DNA of 64,000 nucleotides. It comes from Octopus vulgaris. Its lineage: Eukaryota. The position numbers and the translations under genes were made by a program. Below the pieces are notes generated by a model, which was not told where the DNA came from, did not search any database, and saw nothing but the letters and a program-made list of their open reading frames with translations. Of this stretch, positions 38,080 through 56,747 are shown piece after piece (the first letter of the stretch is position 1; each line of letters starts with the position of its first letter). The stretch covers positions 97,154,001-97,218,000 of the forward strand of contig OX597824.1 of NCBI GenBank assembly GCA_951406725.2, written 5' to 3'.

Positions 38080-39695
38080 TTCTCTCTCTCTAGGTTCCTT
38101 TATCTCTCTTTCCCTTTTTTCTGCCTCTCTTTCTCTATTTCTCTACAATAAAGTATACTAGTTTATAAAGTTAGCAAAATACTTCGGAGAAAATACAAAA
38201 ACACGTTCGTTTAAGGTTAGAAGTTCAGTAAATCTGAGTCGCATCGGTTGAAGTTTTCAATCTATTGAAGGAGAAGTCAGCAGAATAGAAAATGGGGGCG
38301 AGAGAAGATTGTGGAGGATGCAGTACAGAAACGAAGAGATGGAACAATAGAAGTTTGTAGAACAAGCTAGACGTAATAAGATATTTTATGCATCTTTCGA
38401 GAGTCTCACTCCTTAATCGCTCGAACTTCTTTGAGACAGCGGTCAAATGTTATCAAATCATGCTTTACATCTTCAAAATTGGACGGACATATTGGCTAAG
38501 ATAGCAGGAGACACACGAGCTGAAATGCCATTAATTATGTCTGCTTCAACAAGGCGGATCCTGGATCAAATAACAGCAACACTTATAACAAAAATCTTAT
38601 AATATCATTCAATATTATCACCACAGCGTTGTTGCTTAAACTCAGGTTAGTTCGAAACACCTCGCCATTTCTACCATCACAATCTGATCTTTCGTAATTT
38701 TTGACAAATCCTCGAAGAATATATTATCGAACTGTCATCTGTTTTTGAGAGGGTAACTTGAAGTTTAAACGGAATTTGACTGCTATTTCTGTCTTACGGA
38801 GTGACCACAAACCAATATTGCCATTGTTTAAACCCGTTCAAACCCCGACACCTAACAGTTTATCCCAGCTATGCTGACACCGTTTAACAATCTCTATCGG
38901 CAAAGCTGGAATGTGATGTTGTCCTTTTTATAACGACATTACATAATATGCCTAGTCTTTGAAACGGTTGGCAATGATATGAAAATTTGGCTATTAATCA
39001 TAACAGATCACGAAACTTCGTATAAATTGCCTTATTGGATACAGACGCTGATGGCCCTACGTCCTAAGGGGAGCTATATCAAAACCTCATATCGTATTCT
39101 AGGAGGTGTTGTATCGTGGTGTTCTGAAAGCAATTGTGGCGAGGGCCTTTATACAAAAGGTAAGTTGCCGTGAAGTAGCGTCTATGGTCAGGGTTCACTT
39201 CCAAAGAGTTGCTATTTTACACATACGTTGTTAGTACCATTTGTGCTGCTTATTCTCCCACCCCGCCAGTTCTGATCTGGCAGATCTATAACGAAAATTC
39301 CCCCCGTGACCATCGCATCTTTCATTATATCACAGAATAAATTTCCTCCAGTGAATCATCCCTCCTTAAGACAATTTGAAGAGGTTTCAGAGAGACGAGT
39401 TGGCATTGCTACCAAGTCGAAGAACTGACTACATGACCCAATGTTAGATCGTTATTAATTACTGTCAAAACCTTTTGGCAATGAAAGAATACCACAATAT
39501 CCTGATCAGTAATGCTTAATTTACAGGCTCTCTAAATCCAATTAGTGTATACCTTTTATTCCCCGATGAGAAATAAATTTCTTCTACGCGTGTACATGAA
39601 CTCTATTTGAAAAGTACTAAATACTTTATGCCATGTGTGTATATCCCCGCTTATTTAAGATTAAACACTTTATTTTAGGTCTATTTATCTATCTA

Positions 39696-39742
<47 letters not shown>

Positions 39743-40742
39743 ATGTTTACATGTATGTATATATATATATATAAGAGGAGAGTGCCAACGTTTTAATGAG
39801 ACAAGCTTGATAACTTTTGAGAGGTTCATCTTTATATGAAACCATTCATAGTCCGTTAACCCACAAAGTATATTTATCCACCAATACGTTTTATATTAGC
39901 GTATTAGCGTACATACTTACATTCATGCATACATACCTACCTACATACATAAATACATACAAACTTACATTCATGCGTACATACCTACATACATACATGC
40001 ATTCTTACATACATGCATTCTTACATACATAAATACATACATACATAAACGCATACATACATACATACATACGTCCGTACGGTATAAAACAAACAGAAAT
40101 AAAACAAAGACAAAGCCAGCCACAGACTCATCTATTCTTCTTATCTTTACAAGGAATTCATTGCAGCGTATTGATAGCGGATCAATTGATGAAGTCATAA
40201 AAATCGATAACTTTGCTTGAAAGCTTTTAGATCGAAAGTAGAATCAAATATAATTACACGATCCACTGTTATGGACAATGATCTTTCACGGATAGCAATG
40301 GAAACTGTTAATAGTGATTATCGAGAAAATTGCGAAACTACTAAATCTAAAATTTAAATGAATTTTTGTTTTAATTTGAATATTTTTCGCTCTATGGCTC
40401 GCAGTGAATCTTAATTAATTACCTCCATCAGTAAAGGGAAAGCATAGAGAATGATTATGTTATTCTACAACCAATTTAAAGGAAGAAAAAGGAGGAAGGA
40501 AGAAATTAATGAAAGTTCTATGGTGTGTGAATGATACGACATTATTAGCAAATAAGGAAAAAACAATAGGGAAACATAGGGAAAAAACAATCCGAATCAG
40601 AGTCCAAAGGCATCGAGTTTGTTGTTTGTTCGCCTTACTGACTTTATTTTGCTGGTCAGAAATGGGGTCTGGCTACAATAAATACTTGAAATTGAATAAT
40701 AATAAACACTTGAAACTGTAGTCAAAATAAAGTTTATATATT

Positions 40743-40930
40743 TGTGTGTGTGTCTGTGTTTGTCCTTCCAGCATCGCTTGACAACCGATACTCGTATGTT
40801 TAGGTCTCTGTAACTTAGCGGTACGGCAAAAGTACTAGTCTTGCTAAGAATAAGTCATGGGGTCATTTTCTTCGACTAAAGTCCTTTAAGGCTGTGCTAC
40901 AGCATGGCCGCAATCAAATCACTGAATAAC
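40743..40930 (+). mobile_element. SINE A 3' half
   Basis: CGCTTGACAACCGAT...AACTTAGCGGT...CAGCATGGCCGCA matches 1225-1410. Confidence 0.8.
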
Positions 40931-41039
40931 AATATATTATTGAGAAGTGTACAATAAATCTGCTGAAATATTTTGTGTAGAAGTATAACCGGATTATTAC
41001 GTATCAGTTTTAACAGCAGAATCTTGTTTGGATCTCAAG

Positions 41040-41097
41040 GGTTACATGGACCGCCCCCCCCCCGAAGGGTCGTATGGACCTCGTTTGAAAACCACTG
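41040..41097. mobile_element. Possible hAT-type MITE end
   Basis: Ends ...GGACCTCGTTTGAAAACCACTG (CAGTGGTTTTCAA-type TIR); partner end not found. Confidence 0.35.
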
Positions 41098-42616
41098 TTT
41101 AATATCATGATGTAACAGCTCGATAAACAGTGATCAAGAAAACAAGTACCGATTTGAAACTAGGATTCATTTTGATAAGACTGGTGTAAACCCCATGAAA
41201 ATGGTGCTCCAGTATGGCCCCAGCTCACTCATGGAATTCATTAAAAGTTGCAAGTTCTCTCATGTTTTAAGTTTGTTTCCATTGCAGGGTTTTTTAAAAA
41301 CTCTCTTCTCACCAACATCAAAATATAAACAAAATAAAAATGCTTATCATGTAAATGAATTAATGGAATAATTTAGATTAATTAATTTTTTACATAATTG
41401 TTTTGGTTATCTTTAATTAAAAAAGAGAGAGAGAGAATGGAAATAGAGAAAAGATGCGGGTAAATTTGTGTGAAAAATGTTTTTTGCTGAATTTAATTAC
41501 ATCTGGTTGCATTCAGAAGCCTTATTTCTTTATTGCAACTCAAAGCTGTTTGGAGATGTCTTGTTCAGAATGATATTCATTACAAACTTAGCCAATAATA
41601 ATAATAATACGTGTACGTATATATATATATATATATATATATTTATAAAAAGTATGGGTGGCATACGAGTGGGTATATATTTATAAAAAAGAAGTTTGAA
41701 AACACCACTAATATAAGATAAATCTTAATTTTCTTAGAGATTTTACATATTTCTGTTCTTCTTGAAAAAGCGAACCTTATCAAAAATAATTTTAAAAGAT
41801 AAGTGTAATAAAAAAGTTCATAATTGTTTCTTACTGGTCTCAACAGAATCCACGTGGTGGTGTATTGTGGGGGAAGCATAATGGCTGTCCTGCGCGTTGA
41901 CTAGAATCGTTGGCTGTAATCGTGAAAGTGGCCGTTGACCGTAATAGCAGTAGTAGCAGAGACCGTTGGTCGTAGTAGTAATAGTAGTGACCGTGGTTGT
42001 TGTTGTGGTGGTGGTGTTTGGAGTTGTAGCAGCAGTTCATTGGCTATAGTAGTAGTCGCAGCAGCAGTGGAAGTGACAGTTGGTATTAGTAGTAGTAGTA
42101 GTAGTAACCGTGGTGGTTGGAGTTGTAGCAGTAGTTCATTGGCTATAGTAGTGGTAGTGGTAGTAGTAGTGGTAGTAGTAGTAGTAGTGGTGGTATTAGA
42201 AATGGAAGTGACCGTTGGCTGTAATAGCAGCAGTAGCAGAGACCGTTGTTTGCAGAAGTAGTAGTTGTGGTACTGGTAGTTAGAGCTGTAGAAGTCCTTT
42301 TTTTTTCTTTTTGGACAACCAATATATGGTTTTAATGTTCCTGGCCCAGGGTGTTTACACTTGGTCCGAATTTTCTAATGAAATGGAGTTCTTTGTTATG
42401 ACGTTGAGTGATGGTTACGTTGTTATTGAATCGGTAAAGTGAGAAAGTTGTGAATTTTGGATTTTTATTTCATGCACATCTGTCTATGTGACCGCTGACA
42501 GGTATTTTCCTGTATTCAGGATTCCTAATTTGGTATTTATGTACTGCCATCCTGGCAGTGAACAGCTGACACCGTAGTACATCTCCAGGGTTAGATGCTT
42601 TGCAAAGGCAATAATG

Positions 42617-42659
<43 letters not shown>

Positions 42660-42676
42660 TAATAATAATAATAGCA

Positions 42677-42880
42677 GTTTCAAATTTTGATTCAAAGGCA
42701 TCAATTTTTTGGGAGGAGATGAATTGATTACATCAGCCTCAGTACTTGTCTGGTACTTGATTTATCGACCCCGAAAGGATGAAACGCAAAGGCGGAATTT
42801 GAATTCAGAACATAGCGACGGGCGAAATCCCGCTAAGCATTTCGTCCAGCGAGCGAATTATTCTTTCACCTCGCCGCCTT
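42677..42880 (-). mobile_element. SINE B (tail variant 2)
   Basis: TTATCGACCCCGAAAGGATGAAA...CTCGCCGCCTT. Confidence 0.85.
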
Positions 42881-42899
42881 AACATAATAATAATAACAA

Positions 42900-43170
42900 A
42901 TTATTCTCACTGTTACTGCCCACATACTAAGGAAAACATTCCCAACTTCAAAACACCTGATTCTATTAAAAAATCTACCAAAACTGAAATATTACAAATT
43001 TAACAAAATTTTATTCCTAAAACTCTGGTGTCCTTTCTCCTGCAAAATACCATTGGTAATAATAAATAACGCTCTTAGAAAAACGTCTGACTTTCCGTTA
43101 CTTGAAGTTTCTGGGTGAAATTTGGAACAGCATGTGTAAAGCAAAGGAAGAACAACGAAAATAGCAACAA
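42900..43170 (+). mobile_element. R4/Dong-type 3' end + UTR
   Basis: IILTVTAHILRKT; UTR motif CTTGAAGTTTCTGGGTGAAATTTGG shared with 50810-51030; ends in (CAA)/(TAA)n. Confidence 0.7.
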
Positions 43171-43198
43171 TAACAACGACAACAACAACAACAACAAC

Positions 43199-43235
<37 letters not shown>

Positions 43236-43293
43236 TAATAATGATAATAATAATAATAATAATAACAATAATAATAATAATATAATAATGATG

Positions 43294-43329
<36 letters not shown>

Positions 43330-43350
43330 GTAGTAGTAGTAGTAGTAGTA

Positions 43351-43423
<73 letters not shown>

Positions 43424-43424
<1 letters not shown>

Positions 43425-43960
43425 TCAATGAAATACTGGCAGAGCCAGCGACAATACCTGAATGGCTCACGGAAGGGAAAAACTATTCTAATTTTGAAAT
43501 CCACTGAAAAGGAAACCCACAAAATCACTGACCGTTAACTTCTCTCCCTACAAAGCAATAATATCGCAGAGAATGAGATAGGATCTGGAACAAAAGCAAC
43601 CAATTTCCAGTGGAGCAGAAGGGATGCTGCAAGGGCTCATACGGTTGTAAAGATCAGCTACTGATCAATAAAGGCATAACTGAAGACAGCCACAGAAAGA
43701 AGAAGGCTCAAAATGTGGCCAGGATCGATTACTGAAAGGGTTTTGATAGTATTTCCCACACATGGATCCTAAAAACACAAATCATGAACAAGGTAGCACC
43801 AACTATCTTAAGATATATAAAACATTCCATGAATAAATGGCAGACAGTGTTACAGCGGTTGACAAAAGAGAGACTCATAAAGACCAAAGCCTTCCCCATT
43901 GGAAGAGGAATATTCCAGGAAGACACGCTTTCTCCACTCCTTTTCCACTTGGCACTGGTA
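43424..43960 (+). pseudogene. R4/Dong-type reverse transcriptase fragment
   Basis: PEWLTEGKTILI, EQKGCCKGSYGCKDQLLINK, IDY*KGFDSISHTWI, RGIFQEDTLSPLLF; begins directly after (TAA)n. Confidence 0.9.
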
Positions 43961-44285
43961 TAAATGTATATATATATGTATATACATACACATATATATA
44001 TATATTTATATAGATATATACATACGTACATATATATTTATATAGATATATACATACATGCATACATATATATTTATATAGATATACATACATACATATA
44101 TATTTATATAGATATATACATACATATATATTTATATAGATATATACATACATATATATTTATATAGATATATACATACATATATATTTATATAGATATA
44201 TACATATATATATATATATATAGATATATACATATATATACATATATATAGATATATACATATATATACATATATATATATATAG

Positions 44286-44327
<42 letters not shown>

Positions 44328-44487
44328 GTATATATACATATATACATATATATATATAGATAAATACATACATACATATATATATATATATAGATATATA
44401 CATACATACATACATATATATATATATACATACATACATGCATACATACATATATACATACATACATACATACATGCATACATACAT

Positions 44488-44793
44488 GGTGGCTGCCCCC
44501 TCGTTATCGAGTATGGCCGTTGCACGAAGCTTAATCAATGTTGTTATCGTGTGATGCCTGTGCAAGAAGATATTTTTTTTAAGTGAGGAAAGGCTGTGCA
44601 CTGAGTCAATCCCACTCACTAAGCAACAGCAGCCATAATCCGAAAAGAAGAACAAGTCAACATCATCGGTAACCACTGAGCCGCAGGTTTTATTTCGGAG
44701 TTATCTCAGTTACCTGAGTTACCTTCTCCTAGAAGGATGCCCTAACAAAGGCTAGGAGTCCTTCACTCCCAATGGACTGAATACCCGATCGCA
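44488..44793 (-). mobile_element. Short non-autonomous RTE-derived element
   Basis: RTE 5'-UTR-like CTAGCCTTTGTTAGGGCATCCTTCTAGGAGAAGGTAACTC and 3'-like CTCGATAACGAGGGGGCAGCCACC; embedded in (TATG)n. Confidence 0.5.
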
Positions 44794-44795
44794 CA

Positions 44796-44831
<36 letters not shown>

Positions 44832-44834
44832 TAT

Positions 44835-44899
<65 letters not shown>

Positions 44900-44909
44900 A
44901 ATATACATA

Positions 44910-44947
<38 letters not shown>

Positions 44948-44968
44948 CATACATATATATATATATAT

Positions 44969-45052
<84 letters not shown>

Positions 45053-45579
45053 CACTGACGCAGATATATATATATTCAAGTTTAAGTTGTGGGAATGCGT
45101 CGATGGTGCACGTAGAAGCTTTGCTTTGTCAGTATTTCTCCATCTTCTCTACAGAGTCTTGAATATTGGCAATATTTATAGACGGCACCAGAGCCTTTAT
45201 ACTTGTCTGTAATTCTTGCTGGTAGTCAGCTTCTGTATCGGAAATATTGAAGATCTCTGAAGCTTCTTTCTTGGCGAGATATGCATTTCGACATATTTTG
45301 TTTTCTTTTTCATGTGTTTTTTTTTTCTTTTGTCGGTTTGTCTAAACATAAAGATGCTTCTGAGCTTTCTGTAGGACAATTGGCCTCACGGAATAATTGG
45401 TTTCCGAAAGACAGAGTTCTATGACTTAGATTCGTTATTTTAACTGTCAATTTTATCCGCTATCAACTGACTCAGCGTTAGATTTAGCGGTTAAAAATCG
45501 AATATAATTTCCTCTGAGAATTTATTTGTTGCTCTGATCATCGATTTATTGCGTTTCCAGCCATCATATGCCGCAGTGC

Positions 45580-45619
<40 letters not shown>

Positions 45620-46199
45620 GACACACACACACACACAGAGTTTGCAACAGAGTTAGACAGCTAATTGCACATTAATAATAGCCTTCTTTAACTGACATGC
45701 TAGGATTTTACATGGTTGTGTATACGTACGAGCGTTCTGGAATACAGAGTCGCCGATAGACATGTGTGTTGTATACTAACGAGGAATAGGTTTGGAATGT
45801 TATCAAGAGATTTTATGCCATTCTATTAGCTTTTTTCCTATTCAGTAATGAAAAGTCACATGCGACGACCCAGCTGGAGCAGCAAATAATAACATTAATG
45901 TTCTTTCTTTTTTTCTCCTTTTTCTTTCGTCTGGCCATTGAAATCATCTTTTAGAAGTATTTTGAAGTTCTTTAGAGACTTCCTCTATGGTTTCATCTTC
46001 ATTATTAGGTTTCACACATATATTTACCTGCGTACGCATACACACACACACACAGACACACACACACATACACACACATACACATACACACACACACACA
46101 CATGCTCTCCCCATCTCTCTCCCTATTTCTAACATGCATACTCACGGACGCATTTGTTCACATACGTACATAAGGGTACAATAGCTCTCTTATATAGTG

Positions 46200-46855
<656 letters not shown>

Positions 46856-47147
46856 ATACACAAACACATACACATGCAGACATCAAAAACGGCTCTCTTC
46901 TCTCTTACGCATACACACACACACACGTGCACAAATTCATAAATACTACCATACATACATATAATTTTCTCTCACACACAGGAACATGAATACATAATTC
47001 CATGCAAGTACATATACAAACATACACCAAACACACTCTACATTATACATGTGCGCAAAAGCACAGTGAAACACACACACACATATATGCATACGCATGT
47101 ATACACACAAACAGTGTCTCACTTTCACACACCCATACACATAGTAT

Positions 47148-47565
47148 GGGATCTTTTTGGTTTGAACGGCAAGTTTCAACATAATTTCTAGGTAACTAAA
47201 AGAATTTAAACTTCGTATACTGGTAGAATGTGTTTATAAAATATCTTTTTCTCTTGACTTTATTGAGAAAATTCTATAGTTTGTAAGATATTTGGTCTTT
47301 AATTTCTTGCATTTCGGCAATTTCAACCAATCAATGACGTCTATTGAGGTGAAAACCTTCTGTGCCGTATGAATATGTCCCTCGTTTAAGAAACAGATTG
47401 GGTTTATTTACATTTGTGAAGAAAAAAAGATACCCTTCCACCCACCCCTAACCCTAACCCTAAAAGAGATTGAAATGCAATAGATCGATACTAGGGTCAT
47501 AATTATGGGTGACAATTTCAGATGACACCGCTAGGAAAAACTGCTGTTCAAACCGAAAAGATCCC
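47148..47565. mobile_element. MITE, 418 bp, 24-bp TIRs
   Basis: GGGATCTTTTTGGTTTGAACGGCA ... TGCTGTTCAAACCGAAAAGATCCC (2 mismatches); internal (CCCTAA)3; no clear TSD. Confidence 0.85.
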
Positions 47566-48067
47566 GATGAGATGATTATACAATAACGGGGTTATGAATG
47601 GATAAAAATAGGCTTTCTCGTACGCGTAGGATACGAACCTTCATCCTTTTGTTAATGCAACTAACTGTGTTACAGATTACACCTGCGAAACAGGCTACAA
47701 ATTTTTATTTGTGTTATCGTACATCCTTATATAGTTTCCTTTCTTCTTTTTTTTTCAGGGGGGAGGGGCGGTTGAATTCCTTGTGTCTGACTGTGGTCGT
47801 CTTCGTGTTGGCGGCGGGGGGGGGGGGGGGGGGTAGGTTCAGTGTCTGTAGCGAGCAGGTGCGAAGAAGACAGTGTGGATGGGAGTGGGTTGGGTGGGTT
47901 TACCTGTTTCTCTTTCCTTTTCTTTCCTGGTGTCACCCATTCGTCTTCTGTTCCGCTTACTTTTGTTAGTTAAATATATGATAAAAACGGACAGTTTAAA
48001 CAGATTAATGGTAATGCATGTGATGAGGGGCGCATGCAGCCATTCATAACACCATTATTGGATAATC

Positions 48068-48450
48068 GGAGACGCAATGGCCCAGTGGTTAGGGCAGCGG
48101 ACTCGCGGTCATAGGATCGCGGTTTCGATTCCCAGACCGGGCGTTGTGAGTGTTTATTGAGCGAAAACACCTAAAGCGCCACAAGGCTCCGGCAGGGATG
48201 GTGGTGATCCCTGCTGTACTCTTTCACCACAACTTTCTCTCACTCTTACTTCCTGTTTCTGATGTACCTGTATTTCAAAGGGCCGGCCTTGTCACTCTCT
48301 GTGTCACGCTGAATATCCCCGAGAACTACGTTAAGGGTACACGTGTCTGTGGAGTGCTCAGCCACTTACACGTTAATTTCACGAGCAGGCTGTTCCGTTG
48401 ATCGGATCAACCGGAACCCTCATCGTCGTTACCGACGGAGTGCTTCCACA
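48068..48450 (+). mobile_element. tRNA(Arg)-like-headed SINE family C, full length
   Basis: TGGCCCAGTGG (A box), GACTCGCGGTC anticodon-arm-like, GGTTTCGATTCCC (B box); tail shared with 30437 and 56420. Confidence 0.85.
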
Positions 48451-48552
48451 TTGTATAATCATCTCATCATATTCGTTCTATGTATTTAACTAACAATTAA
48501 TTATTGTCTACCATTTCAATTATTTGAACCGTTATATGTTCTCTAAAATTAA

Positions 48553-48784
48553 AGGCGGCGAGCTGGCAGAGACGTTAGCACGCCGGGCGAAATGCGTAGC
48601 CGTATTTCGTCTGCCGCTACGTTCTGAGTTCAAATTCCGCCAAGGTCGACTTTGCCTTTCATCCTTTCGGGGTCGATAAATTAAGTACCAGTTAAGCACT
48701 GGGGTCGATGTAATCGTCTTAATCCGTTTGTCTGTCCTTGTTTGTCCCCTCTATGTTTAGCCCCTTGTGGGTAATAAAGAAACA
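48553..48784 (+). mobile_element. SINE B full length, 18-bp TSD
   Basis: TATATGTTCTCTAAAATT at 48533-48550 and 48785-48802. Confidence 0.95.
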
Positions 48785-49135
48785 TATATGTTCTCTAAAA
48801 TTGTTCTTCTATTTTCCGATATTATTAAACATAACATAGAAACACTTACTCCATCTTTTTATTCTTCTTTTCTTTTTTCCTGTCGCTTTGACATACTTAT
48901 TTATTTTTTAGTAATATTTTATTAGTGGTTCGATTTCTACTAAATCCACTACTGGTGGCAATTCTTTGAATTCCACCGTTATTCCTGATGGGTCGATGTT
49001 ATCTCCAAACATTTCTTGTAGTCTTTTATAACTTTCCTCTTCAATTACTAATTGGTTGAACTTAAGTATTTTTTTCTCTGTTTCAATATTTTTCGGGTAG
49101 GTCACGTCAACAACAAAATATATTAAACTTCTTTA

Positions 49136-49366
49136 AGGCGGCGAGCTGGCAGAAACGTTAGCACGCCGGGCGAAATGCTCAGCAGTATTTCGTCTCTCGC
49201 TACGTTCTGAGTTCAAATTCCACCGAGGTCGACTTTGCCTTTCATCCTTTCGGGGTCGATAAATAAAGTACCAGTTACGCACTGGGGTCGATGTAATCTA
49301 CTTAATCCGTTTGTCTGTCCTTGTTTGTCCCCTCTATGTTTAGCCCCTTGTGGGCAATAAAGAAAT
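49136..49366 (+). mobile_element. SINE B full length with TSD
   Basis: ATATTA(A/C)ACTTCTTT on both sides. Confidence 0.92.
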
Positions 49367-49429
49367 ATATATTACACTTCTTTCAAACGAAATTATTAAT
49401 AATAATGTTCAACGGGTAAACAGTTTTTC

Positions 49430-50270
49430 ATGCTGCACTGTAAGGTAAGTCCATTGTCAAAATGGAGGGAGCTAAGTGTTATTAGCCAAAACAGTGAAAC
49501 TATTACAAATTGGCTAGACCTTGGCAAACCTTTATAAGCAGAGACAATGGGATCCTCCAGTTTTTTCAATTGGATTCCGGAAGCTATGATTTCCTGTTTA
49601 GTTTATGTGTTTTGTGTTAGGCATTTATGGATTTACTTTATGCCCCAGGAATTTACCAGAACTTTTGTCGGATTTAAAAATATTTCTGTGTCTCATCTGG
49701 GTGAGTACAAAAAATCTCTTAAGTTATGTTATAATATTTATGCGAATTTTGAACCCTGAATTTGTGGCAAGTTGTGTAGTAATTTTGCTACTTATTTTCT
49801 GTTATGATAGACGTTAAAATTTGTATAAATAACTAAAGAGTGTTTACATTTAAGTTTTTCTTGTAGCCAATTGTTTGTATTAGACAACAAACTGTAAATC
49901 GTGTCTAATGATTCCTCAACATGCTTGTTTTGTGTGAATTTAAAGCAAACCAGCTTTTTGTTTGACCATTTAATTGTTTACCTATAATTACTGATGGAGT
50001 CTGGCAGCCATTTTATGTCACGAACTTCTAGTTTAAATGGTTGCTTTGACGTTAGATTTATTCATGCTTGTCCCAAGGTTCGAAAATTGAATTTGTACTA
50101 AAATGGGAATCCTGATTGTATGAAATCCAAATGTTCAGAATCCATATTTTTTGTAAACTAAATTTGTGAGGCCATTTTTTGTGTGAGGCCAGTTTGGGTG
50201 AAACCAAAATTTGTGAATCCAGAGTGATCGTGAAATCAAGTTGAAGCTGGGTTTCTGAGTTTCAATTTCT
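49430..50270 (-). pseudogene. Possible highly decayed LINE RT
   Basis: HKFWFHPNWPHTKNGLTNLV (QFGFRP..ST-like), LNPTK, KFLG, FDNGLT in plausible order. Confidence 0.3.
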
Positions 50271-50271
50271 G

Positions 50272-50317
<46 letters not shown>

Positions 50318-50337
50318 GTGAGTGTGTGTTTGTGTGA

Positions 50338-50368
<31 letters not shown>

Positions 50369-50637
50369 TTTGTTTGTGTATATATGTGTTTGTGTGTATA
50401 TATATATATATGTGTGTGTATATATATATATGTGTGTGTATATATATATATATGTGTGTGTGTGTGTTACCATTGTAAATATTTTGACTGCACCTCTGGT
50501 GTGGTATTGGTTTATTTTTGTTCATTTATATTTGTTCGTGGCGTGTTGTTGTTTTCTCGTTGATTTTGTAAATCCAGGTTATGGCCACCTGGTCGTAACA
50601 CATGACGTCTCTTATTATTATTATTATTATTATTATT

Positions 50638-50777
50638 CAGTAGTCTTATTTTATTTTACGTTTTCACTGCACTACCGAGTGCAGCGCTGTGTGCCTTGCG
50701 TATGTGCTGTGTTTTGTTGTGTTACTCTTATCGTCACTGTATTGAACGTGCTTTACGAAGGATGTACACAATGCCTA
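50638..50777 (-). mobile_element. R4/Dong-type 3' end, between (TAA)n tracts
   Basis: GIVYILRKARSIQ* plus UTR. Confidence 0.7.
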
Positions 50778-50809
50778 TTATCATAATTATTATTATCATC
50801 ATCATCATC

Positions 50810-51030
50810 ATATATTTGACGTTTGCTTTGTATTTGTACATGTTGACTCCAAGTCTCACCCAGAGACTTCAAGAGACAACAAGCTAGAAGTTCATGTTGT
50901 TGTTTATGCCTAGGGTGTCATATATTTGGTTTTGGCACAGAGTATTGTTCCAGAGAATGTTTAAGGAAAACATAAGAAAAATTATAAGTTTGTTTTAAAA
51001 ATTTGAGATTACATAGACATCATTTTACGT
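50810..51030 (-). mobile_element. R4/Dong-type 3' end (second family) abutting the giant array
   Basis: RKMMSM* plus UTR with CTTGAAGTCTCTGGGTGAGACTTGG, ending in (TGA)/(TAA)n. Confidence 0.7.
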
Positions 51031-55858
<4,828 letters not shown>

Positions 55859-56419
55859 ACATTTGATGTTTTTGATGTTTTTAAGCTGCTTTCATTTTTG
55901 GATCGGATATTGTTTGTTTCTCCTCCTTTTGTGCACAACTATCAAATTTAGCCAGAACACTCATTACATTCCATTCAAAGTTAGCGAATCGTATTAAGTA
56001 TGAATGTATATATTATTGCTTTGTTTAGCAGCAAAATGTGTGTTTATTAAAATTGAATAAACAAGAACCGCATTTCTGGTTTTCATTCCTTGATTTAGAA
56101 TAGCTTCGACTGAGCCAGGTGGAAACATCGGATTCTCAACGTCTTCTTACGTCACTGAATCGACAGTATTGATAAATTTTCTAATTCTTTAATTTTCTAA
56201 TTATGCTTATATTTTCTAATTATTTCCATATTTTATAATAATTCTTATATTTTCTAATTATATAAAAGTTTCGCAGAACATTTGTCATTTTGGTCAGACG
56301 TTGTAAGTTTTATTTTCGTTTATGTAGCTTAATTCGTTTTAATTCGTTTATGTAGCTTATAGTCTTTGTGTGGCTTCTGCTGTTTAAGTGCTTTCATTGG
56401 TCTGTAGTAGGTTGACTGG

Positions 56420-56635
56420 TAATCCGTCGCTTACGACGACGAGCGTCTCATTGTATCCGATCAACGGAACAGTCTGCACGTGAAATTAACGTGCAAGTGG
56501 CTGAACACTCCACAGACACTCATACTCTTAATGTATTTCGCAGAGCGATTCAACGCGACGCAGAATATGACAAGAGTGGCCCCTTTGAAATTACAGGTAC
56601 ATCTCATCTTCGCCAGCTGAGTGAACTGGAGCAAG
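56420..56635 (-). mobile_element. SINE C/D-related 3' part
   Basis: Reverse complement of the 48270-48445 tail. Confidence 0.8.
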
Positions 56636-56747
56636 GTATCATACTGAAGGGGACAGCGTGCCTTGAGGGATCGTGAGTTGACTGCCCTACACCCTATACC
56701 ACCCGCCTTCAATCTAGTAGCTTACCTCCAGTGCGTATAACCGCTTC

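Larger units (their letters stand above)
47720..49130 (-). pseudogene. Possible LINE ORF1 (gag-like) remnant interrupted by SINEs
   Basis: VEFKELPPVVDLVEIEPLIKYY, PLICLNC (knuckle-like), EDEWVTPGKKRKEK. Confidence 0.3.

Noticed and set aside
38370-38520. Possible hAT dimerisation-domain remnant (RLRSETLE, minus strand)
   Set aside because: Only a short, weak similarity.
48068-48140. tRNA gene candidates (also 1017, 18870-18943, 63712)
   Set aside because: Each runs into a SINE or element body without a proper acceptor stem and terminator; treated as SINE heads.
50565-50610. HHR-like TTGTAAA-T-CCAGG...CCTGG-TCGTAAC
   Set aside because: Both core strands are mutated and there is no convincing stem I.
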